Source: Tubiluchus corallicola (Eukaryota > Animalia > Priapulida). Taken from it: 64,000 nt of DNA. How positions within the stretch are numbered: the stretch's first letter is position 1; each line of letters opens with the position of its first letter. The stretch spans positions 337,471 through 401,470 of the forward strand of contig JAQGDQ010000201.1 in NCBI GenBank assembly GCA_030141605.1, in the 5' to 3' direction. The translations under genes were made by a program, and so were the position numbers. The notes beneath the pieces are model-generated. The model was not told the origin of the DNA. It saw only the letters and a program-made list of their open reading frames with translations, and did not search any database. Of this stretch, positions 54,490 to 64,000 are shown piece after piece.

Positions 54490-54735
54490 GTTGTTTTAGG
54501 TTTGCCAGGTGGTTTTTTCAAGGTTTTAAGGCTTCCCTTAAGGCGATTCTTACTGCTGCTTCATTTGGTAATCTTAGAAGATGTCCCAGCCATCTTAATT
54601 TTCGGATCTTGAACTCCATAAATTTCTTACATTCTAGTGTGTAAATCTTCAATTTTGATTACGTATGGCCATCTTATCTTTAAACCTTTCCTTAGAAGAC
54701 TCTGCGAAATGTGTCAATCTGCTTTTCTTGAGTAA
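54490..54735 (-). mobile_element. Second degraded RTE-clade LINE fragment
   Basis: QIDTFR..LLRKGLKIRWP...RKLRWLGHLLRLPNEAAVRIALREALKP..PPGKPKTT. Confidence 0.75.
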
Positions 54736-55060
54736 TCGTTAAACCCAAAGGTTCGCTATTGTACATAAATAAACTGGTAACGTAAACGAAAATTATCGAA
54801 GTCTTATGTTAACAAATGTCTTTAAATTGAGCAAAAATTAAGTATAGTCAAGGCAATGACAGAGATCTTCGTGATAGGGCAAATTGGGAAATGTAACGAC
54901 TCATGAGTCATCTAGTGGCAAAACACGTGGCGTGAAATTTTTGTTTGTATTTCGTAGAATCAAGTATTTTTCAATTTATTGTCTTGTTATTTTGTCATTT
55001 ATCTTATTACTAGAGCAGTTGTATTGTAAAGTTTTAAGTCTGAGGCAGCAATACACACTC

Positions 55061-55797
55061 TTGGGCGCCGAGTAATCCACTAGCCGGAGTAGGACGGGCC
55101 GTACATGGGCTAGCCCAAGTAGCACGCGTCGTACATGGGCTGCCCAAGTAGGACAATAGAACAGGTCGCGAATTGAGTCGTTAAGCGTACTGGCACCGGC
55201 CGTTGTCCTTGTTTATGTAATAATATAATTAAAAACGTCAATACATGTTGAATAATTTATTATATTTATACATCTGATAGTGATAAAATAAAAGAATTTA
55301 TTCTGAGCTAGAAGAATTAATATCTGCCAATATTAATCTTCTTTGAAGTGAAATAAGCACACCTTTTAGGTGATTCAACATTTTCTTAAGGTATATAATT
55401 TTTTATTTTGTCTTGCTTCACAGAGAGGTGATCCGTTTCACTCCTTGGACAAATAATTGTTTTCTACAATGTACGGCACATAACTCACTAACCAGGTTTC
55501 TCTCTTTAAAGCTTTAGATACTTAGTTTAATGTTATGATGATATTAATGGAGCTAAGAATAATGATGATATTCTTGTAAAAAATCATTTGTAAATTGTCA
55601 AGGACTATCCATCGTTATTATAAAGTTACTTTTTTCTAAAACAAATTTAGTTTTAAGTTTTATTATGTCATAATTCTCGACAGAAATCGCTATGTCCTGC
55701 TTGGGCTGCCCATGTACGACACTGCTTTTCCGCAAATTTAGCACATGCGTTTTACCGGAGGTGTCTTACTTCAGCTAGTGGGTTACTCGTTGTCCTA
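55061..55797. mobile_element. MITE with long imperfect terminal and subterminal inverted repeats
   Basis: CGAGTAATCCACTAGCCGGAGTAGGAC and GTCGTACATGGGCTGCCCAAGTAGGACA at the left end are mirrored at 55690-55797; flanks TACACACTC/TACACACGA are a degraded TSD. Confidence 0.7.
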
Positions 55798-58700
55798 TAC
55801 ACACGATTCACTGACTGAGTTGTTTCCAGTCAGTTACCAATAGTTTTGATAGGCCTAAGTAGTAAGGCCTGGATTGTCTAATCTGGAGATCCTGGACATG
55901 TATATTTCCTCACAATACCCGTAACTTACTGTCAGTGTATTAGTAGTGGTAGTGGCAGTAGTAGATCTTCTCAGCATAGTTCTAACGAATTTTAGAGAAC
56001 TTTGTAATTCCTTATGAACGACAACATAAACACTTAAAAGATTACTGTGGCACAATATTAAGATCAATTCAATTCAGTTTTATTTGCACTATTACAAATA
56101 AGTAAAATGACAAAAACTACAATTTCAAAAATACAAAGACAAAATACAAAAAAAAACACAGTACAACAATGTACATATATGCTGATCACTATAAGCCTGT
56201 TTTTTCACATTACATGTGAAAGCGTTTTCACTAACGTTCACGATAAACGTTGAGCTAAACTTACACGAGCTTTCATTTTATTCGCTAGGCCTATTATGCA
56301 CATAGCTATGTTGCACAGTAGGTTACAGGTGACACTAAATCGTCTCATTTCCATTGTCTTGTAATGGATTGAATAACTACTGTTTACCCTTCTGGTGATT
56401 TTTGCCAGTTTTTGAAAAGTGGCTAGTACTGGTTTCGCTAATAAATAGTTGGTTTTAACTTTTTACTCAGTCTCGTTATAACAAAGAGAAGAACCTTTGA
56501 ATTTATCAAACAGCGGTCATGAGAAGTGACTACTGGCTGCACTGGAGTTATTAACTTATTATGCCATTTTTCAGACATTAGGCCTAGTTTAAAATCTATT
56601 GAAAGTGGCATTTGGTTAGAACTTAAAACTATAACCAATAAAATTGCACGTTGCCTTAATTACACAGGCAAACAAACAGTCCATTTTACAACAAAGGATC
56701 CGACATTATATATGTGTATTGTTTGCATTCATACATATATGTTTGCATTTTTGATGTAGGTAAAATTAAAATAATAAATACATTCCGTGTTTTTTTGAAT
56801 CTTGCATAGTGCTAGCCAAAATGAATGTAGATTAGCAAGTTTGCTCAAGAAAATGAGTAGTAAAGTCTGATGCGAGTCTTACTGAGTTGTACCCCTGAGT
56901 TGGACATCTGTTGTCGTCATGGCATTCGAACTTGGCCGGATTAAGACCTCAAGAGACCTTAAATGCTGAAAAGATTACGTTAACTTCATATACGTGTAAT
57001 TCGGAATAAAACAATGCTAAACTGTAAAATGAAATTTCTTTTTTAAAAATGAAAAACTTGCAGTAAAATTTATTTACAGTAAATGCTAAGGCATCAGCTT
57101 TGCATTGCATCAAAAGTGATATTAGATTAAAAATACAGAGATGATTTTAAATCTCATGAAGGGACAGCTATTCAGCATATCTACAGGTAGACTGGATACC
57201 AATAAACATAGAGCAGCTTATTACAAAAGATTAGTGCAATATATATGAGTAAAACTTACCTTAGCAAACAAGCTGTTCAGAGGTGTTCAGTATCCAGAAT
57301 CTCGATGCCCATTCCTACTGTCATATTGTAAACAAACACAGAAACCACACATATTCCACTATGTTTGACTTTTGGGTAATTATTCAATTTGAAAAAAATT
57401 GTATTGGCCCCTCTTTCCCTGAAGCCCTAAGCATGTGCATATTTTGCTTAATGGTTAATGCAAGGGCTGTATTTGAAACTCGGGAACCAGAAACAATGGG
57501 GATCCTGTCTAGCATGTCTAGTGAAGTAAAACGTTGTCGGCAGCAAGTTACTCTTCCCGTAATAATTAATAATTGCTTTTCACAATTTTGTTTATAACCT
57601 CATTTTTCTTAATTTTTTTAGATGCGCTCATTCCCTAGCACACTAGGGTTGTCAAATTCTAACAAAAATTTCTTCCTTGTCGCCTGTTATAGGGGCGTTC
57701 TTCTGCATGTTTGATCCATTGGCAACATTTGTCTGTCATTTTTGTCTAATCTACTCCGGTATCTACAGACACACTTTTGCAGTATATTTGGTATATTTAA
57801 GTATATGCTGGACCTGGATGCAAGTTTGCCATGCTCTTTGTGACTTTGTAACTTTAGAGGCACTGGAGCAGGTAGCTAGTTGTGCCTGATTGGCCATTGT
57901 GAGGTGGACCCTGCTGGTTGATTGACATTTCCCAATTTGTCTGTTGAGACAAGTATTCTGCTTTATTAATCTTGAAGGTGATAAATACAAAATTGTGTGA
58001 TTTCTGTTTATCGCCGTTCTTTAAGTTTAGCTTTATTATTTCCAGATAGCAGCTGTAACAGTGAACAGTCATCGACGTGCACTTGTCTATTTGGAACAAG
58101 CAGTTAACCAGAGCTACAATTTATTTATTTCAAGACTTTGTGAGCGTGCCGTCATGGTTTATTTGGTACTACGAAGCAGTTTAATTTGTTGTTTGTTTAT
58201 CTTTATCTTGATCAATTTCTCAATGAGAAGTCTGGCTTATCCAGGATCAAGAGGTCAAGGTAAGCTGCACACATTTAATAGATTCCTTAATGAGAGGTTG
58301 AGGTGGGCAATATTATGAAACTTGGGATCCTGTTGCTCCATTAGCAATTTGACCCTTTGACTAAATGACTCACTTTTAACTTATAACGTGTATTTTTCTA
58401 CGCTTTATCACAAAGATGAGCAAACTGTGACCCATGTGCCACCAAGACCCACAAGACCTATTGGTGTGACTCGCAAACGTACTGGCAGTGTGAAGTCAAT
58501 TTGTTCGATCCCAAACATTCTAGCAAATAATAATGCACTTAGCAAGAAAACATATTGCTGTTCAGTAGCATTTATTAAGCAATATAAAATTTTAAAATCA
58601 GTTTTGTCTATTATTTTGTGTATTTTATAATATGTACAGTTAACGAATTAGTATTATACTTTTATTTGAAAATGTTTTAGTTAATTTTATTTTTATCGGA

Positions 58701-59429
58701 TGCATTCTGCCAGAGATGTTCAAGATGTCCCTTGTAGCGCTTGACGAGAAAAGTTTATTTCTTTTACTTTATTATTCATGTATCATATATTATACAATAT
58801 CTAGAAAGTGTGAAGTAGAATTATTACTAGGCCGACAAAAATACTTCTGTTTTCATCTAATCACCCGGGTAATATTTTTTATCGCACACCAGGCTGGAAT
58901 TTTATATTTTTTTGTATGTTCACATGCTTCGTGATGCAGTCATGTAAAAGTGTATTTTTTATTTAAAACATAAAATGCAATAATTATTATAACATTGTTG
59001 TTTTGGCAAAGAAGCAGTCATGTTTTTCTACGGCTAACTCTCGGCCAGGGATTGCCGTTTTATATGATAATCGTATTGGAGGTTAAAAGTATCATGTTTT
59101 TGACCAATTTCAAATTAGCATATTAACGGCTGAGTAGTGTTGCCGGTTATACCATAATTATCAGAACGTACGTTCACACCATACAAAAAAGAGACTATAC
59201 AATAATCGATAATAATTATGCAATAATTTGGTAATGAGAAACAAAAAACTAAAGAAACAAACTGTGAAGAATGTGCATTGAAAAAATTAAAACATTACTG
59301 CTAGCCAGTGGAAAATAAACAGACTGATTTGAACTGATTTTAAATACAATAGTGCCATTTATTAAAACATTGAAAATCTGTTGCTGTATGCTGCGCATTC
59401 ATGCAAAACAACTAGTCATCCAGTGCTTG

Positions 59430-60170
59430 AGTGCAATTGGTGATGATCATGTTTCCTTGTGAAAAACAGCGGGCAGTTCAAAAGCAAACCGCTGAGCAAG
59501 TGATCAAATGTTTAGCTTCCACTGCAGCAGACGGTGACAGATTCAAAGCAAAATCGCTATGCTAGGCTACAGCATAATAGCAGGTATGATAAATGTACCT
59601 GCTTACAAACAAAACCCAACTTAACATGTCTGTCTCTACATATATTATAGTGCACAAAAGCGAAGTAAAGATAACACAAAAGCCTTAAATTTCTTTGGTT
59701 ACTTGCACGTGTCTTATTTTAAACTTGTACGCGAAGCGAAAATACTGAATCAATTATGCAGAGTTATTTGAGTAAATTGTCGGCGGTTTTTATATACATT
59801 TGAATAGGAGCAGCCCGTAACAGATGTGTTTGAGTCAGTTAGTTGACCGATTATGAAAACTTCATAAACAACTTTTTTACTGAAGAAATAAAGCAACCGA
59901 CTTTACGGGAATTTTTGTAATTTTTGGTGGCATTAACCAGATTTGTGGGATTTTTTATTTCCTTACTTGTACAAATTAGTATTCTTAAATAATTACAAAT
60001 AAGAATTTTGACATTAATTCATTTCTAAAATTTGTTTAAAGCCTTTGCATTGTATACTAAGGTGATGAGTGATCAATGACTCATACTTCTATAGTAATAT
60101 GCTACACCCGTCGGCTAGCCAAGTCAGTTAGTTAATTAGGTAAATACACTGAGTCTATTAGGCAACGCCT
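59430..60170. mobile_element. Diverged copy of the 34928-35692 repeat family
   Basis: 59860-60170 aligns directly to 35370-35690; 59430-59820 aligns inverted to 34965-35290. Confidence 0.6.
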
Positions 60171-60405
60171 TAGATTCCTGTAGATTCTACGATTCAGCTT
60201 TAAGCATTCGCAAAGCTTTAAAAAAATGAAAAAAATCTCCCCTACTGACATCTTTTAGTTTATGAGTTAAGCAGAAATAATTTTTTTGAGACGGCCCTAT
60301 GCATTAAAATAATAAAAACCGCTTCTTTTATTTTTTGTAGTATTGTTGCACTTGCCCTAGTACTTGTTACTTGATTGACTGCTAACCAACAAAATTAACC
60401 ACTAT

Positions 60406-63400
60406 ATGGATAAACATGGTATATTTTGATTACTTGCAAAATGTGTGTAAATACTATTTTTGGGCAATTATTAGAAACAAAAATGCTTGTTTCCTTTATA
60501 CAATTCAACCACTGACCATTAGACATTCAGTTTGGTGCTAAAATGTACCTTCTAATTTGTCTCAATGGATCGTTTGTCCATTATAATGTGAATCACATCA
60601 ACTCTGCTGTGTGTGGGAGGAAGAAAAAATGTCTAATTTGAAAGATGCTGACACACTTTTAGGGTAACATAAGTATGTAAACATAACATGTAGAGCACAA
60701 CATCAAAAAATGTCAGAGAAAAATATATGTTGGGAGGATATAGTCTGCGTATAGTCTGTTTCACACCAATAGCACATCCAGTCAGTAATTGGTTATTATC
60801 CGTTTACTATCCGGTAAAGATAAAGTACTTTTATGTGCATCAGTGTTATAAAAATATTATTTTTTTAAGTTTTAGGTCGTGATTATTCGGAAAATCATCA
60901 AGAACAGAATGGCAATTTTTATGGCAAAAATTTGAATTCGTACGAACAAGTTTATAATGGTAACAAGAATTCTTATGGTAAACCTGTGCCGTATAACGAA
61001 GATCGTAAGGATTGGCAAATTTCCAATGGTAACTGGAACGTTCCTATTCAACCAGCGATTAATGCAGACCAGCAGGGTGGTTCTTTTTCACAAAGAGGCA
61101 ATGCAGCTAATTTTCGTAAGCAGCATACTCATTACTTAAGTGAACAAGGACTAAATAATTATGGGAAACAAAGCTAATTTAACTGATTGTTAAGAAATTT
61201 TTCATTTGATTAATTCTTACTATAATATTTACATGTATAAAATGACTCAATAATGAATAATTAGTAATTGACAAAGAGTAAATACACAAAGAATTGGCAA
61301 ATTGCCAATTCTGCAAAAATTTTAGAGAACTAAATGTACTTATTATTGCATTATAATTTGCTTTCTTAACTTACTTAGTAAGTATTATTAAGGCACGTCA
61401 AGAATTCTCATAAAATCACTAGATTATACAGAAATTTGGCATTATAGCCTTTAATGCTTCGTGTGTCACAAAGAATATTTCTAGTTAAAAATTTGATGAA
61501 ACAGGGTATCGAATCTGATCCAATCATAGTTTTATAAGCAATTGCATTTTTTATGTGTCAGGATGGAGATACGTTGTCGTTGTTTATATGCCTTTATGTT
61601 TTAAAACATGGCACACTGCACCTGTTGATGCCAGTTTAGTGGTTCTTACACTTAATTCACAAGGCAATACAATAATGTACATTTTTGTATCATTTTTTTG
61701 CAGAATATCAGACACAGAATGAAAGTCCACAATATGATTACTTAAGACCTGGTGACCCACAGCGTTACATTGATGGTGAGTGAATTTATAAAGTGGTGTA
61801 AATTTTGATTTTATCGTGTTTTAGATAATTTTACTGCAAAAGATCAGTGACTTAAAGTGCTTCAGAGAAACTTGATATGAAAAATGCGCAATGTATAGCA
61901 TGTATCTTTTTAACCCTTAGGCCTAAATACTGATGAACTGTGTACAGCTATAGGCATCATTTCAATTGTGTATCTTATTTCTTAATCATTTTTATTAACA
62001 CCTTGGACTAATCTCTTTGAGGTTTTGTTATTATTAATGTATATTTTATTATTTTCTATTGCACTGTTTACAGGTTATTGCACCGTAACCTGTTTCAATG
62101 TCAGTGAAACCTTTGGTCTTATCTTATATTGTCTTAGGTAGTAATGTGCTATATTATACTTCACTAATTAATCGATAGTATAGCATTTTAAAAGTCGATG
62201 AATTAAAATATTATTATTATTATTAAATTAGTTTTTAGAAATGGTAAAAATGTTGTTTGTAGTTAAAAAAAAGTGATTTTTTTTTCAATTTTGAAAAGTA
62301 TGCTGCAATTCTTTTCAGGATAAGGCAAGCATAATTAATTAAATGTTTGATAATGTCTTTCAGGTTCTATGGGATATGGCAGAGGATCCTCTCAAAAGTC
62401 TCAAATTTTACCTCAAGCTAGAACTGGTATTTTATATGTTACTTACAAATGTAGTCTTACATTGTTTTTGTGTTATTGAACTTATTTTATATTTGCGCTA
62501 GTGTATTTCTGAATTACAGTAGGTGCCGGTTAGTAAACGTACTTTGGGATTGAAGTGTTTTGACCCACTTAACTGATTGAATCTATTAGCTTATAGGTAA
62601 ACCTTGAAAAAGAACACAGGAAATACTGAAAAAAGAATAATGAAACAGATTTAAATATTATCCAAAGATGTCTATATTTTTTGTACATACTATAGTTTCG
62701 AGCTTATAGCTCAATTCTTTCTGTTCTCAACTTATTGTAGTTAACATTCGTGTATGAAGTCTGATGTTTGATTCTGATGTTGACAAAGTCTTTTGCATTT
62801 GGTCATCTTAATAAAGCGTCATTCAAACTCACAACTTGCCCTATTGCATACTTTCACTCATTTAGCTGCTTTCATGTTCTGGTTTGTTGTAGCAACTAAA
62901 TGTCTTAGGAGCTAATTTAAGCACTTTCATATTTTGCAAATAATCCAAGATTTCAAAATTGCTTTAGACAATAAAAAGTTTTTTTCGTCTAGTTCAAGAG
63001 TATTAATGGCTTAGTTAATTATGTTGACGTTCATTCTCTGTAAAGAAGTTTGGGTAATTACTATTTATTTTACACTTGCAGGCTTACCACCTGTAAGGGA
63101 GAATGAGCAATTATTTCAGTCTGGCTCATCTTCAAATGTTGGTGAGTTTTGAATCCAGTAACTGTGGCACTTTAATGACATTGTTATTGTTATTTAAGTT
63201 AGCTAGTTTTTTATTACGTCGTGTACGCCAGTTACAGAAGAACAGTGCGTACAAAAATAATCACCAACCTATGATTGTATATGGTGAAAATGTTGTTTGT
63301 AGTTAAAAAAATGTAATTGTTTTTCAATTTTAAAAAGCATGCTGCAATTCTTTTCAGGATAAGGCAAGCATAATTAATCAAATGTTTAAAAATGTCTTTC

Positions 63401-63465
63401 AGGTTCTATGGGATATGGAAGAGGATCCTCTCAGAAGTCTCAACTTTTACCTCAAGCTAGAAATG
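60406..63465 (+). CDS. 5' portion of an unidentified protein with an N/Q/Y/G/S-rich N-terminus (likely continues beyond the window)
   Basis: Exons 60406-60418, 60876-61115, 61704-61775, 62364-62426, 63082-63141, 63403-63465 all have AG/GT borders and phase-1 introns, and join into an open frame MDKHGRDYSENHQEQNGNFYGKN...QYDYLRPGDPQRYIDGSMGYGRGSSQKSQILPQARTGLPPVRENEQLFQSGSSSNVGSMGYGRG. Confidence 0.65.
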
Positions 63466-63991
63466 GTATTTTGTATGTTACTTACAAATGTAGTCTTATG
63501 TCGTTTTTGTGCTATTGAACTTATTTTATATTTGTGCTAGTGTGTTTCTGAATAACAGTAGGTGCCGGTTAATAAACTCATTTTGGGATTGAAGTGTTTT
63601 GACTCAATTAACTGACTGAATTTATTAGCTTATAGGTAAACCTTGAAAAAGAACACAGGAAATACTGAAAAAAGAATAATGAAACAGACTTAAATATTAT
63701 CCAAAAATGTCTTTTTTTTGTACATACTATAGTTTCTAACTTATAGCTCAATTCTTTCTGTTCTCAACTTATAGTACTTATCATTCGTGTATGAAGTCTG
63801 CATTTTGATTCTGATGTTGACAAAGTCTTTTGCATTTGGTCATCTTAATAAAGCGTCATTCAAACTCACAACTTGCCCTATTGCATACTTTCGCTCATTT
63901 AGCTGTTTTCATGTTCTGGTTTGTTGTAGCAACTAAATGTCTTAGGAGCTAATTTAAGCACTTTACATGTTTTGCAAATAATCTGAGATTT
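62241..63991. repeat. Exon-containing local duplication, period about 1.04 kb
   Basis: 62241-62953 closely matches 63281-63991, including the 63-nt exon and both of its splice sites. Confidence 0.92.
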
Positions 63992-64000
63992 AGAGGATGA

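Noticed and set aside
62074-62140. Possible additional exon of the plus-strand gene
   Set aside because: It has a good acceptor, but the peptide is compositionally unlike its neighbours and is absent from my supported chain; left out without transcript data

Overview
AT-rich, intron-dense animal genomic DNA, probably an invertebrate (lophotrochozoan-like; inference only). It is not prokaryotic, so most short ORFs in the track are noise or single exons. By hand I could splice three genes. (1) A complete 36-exon CHD1-family chromatin remodeller on the minus strand, 2175-30790, about 1807 aa. (2) A complete 12-exon HMG20/BRAF35-like gene on the minus strand, 33603-49068, about 411 aa, which carries a matrin/U1-type C2H2 zinc finger between its HMG box and coiled coil. 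(3) The 5' part of an unidentified plus-strand gene (60406 onward) with an N/Q/Y/G-rich N-terminus built from phase-1 exons, one of them tandemly duplicated. Between genes 2 and 3 lies a nested transposon cluster. It includes a full-length Buster/SPIN-type hAT element (TIRs, perfect 8-bp TSD) whose open 592-aa transposase appears to lack the first catalytic Asp. Also seen: a decayed intronless kinase-like relic just upstream of CHD1, a 1.5-kb tandem duplication with an apparently templated junction, duplication-born candidate exons, a 155-bp hairpin, several MITEs and tRNA-derived SINE heads. All gene models are manual GT-AG/phase reconstructions without transcript evidence.
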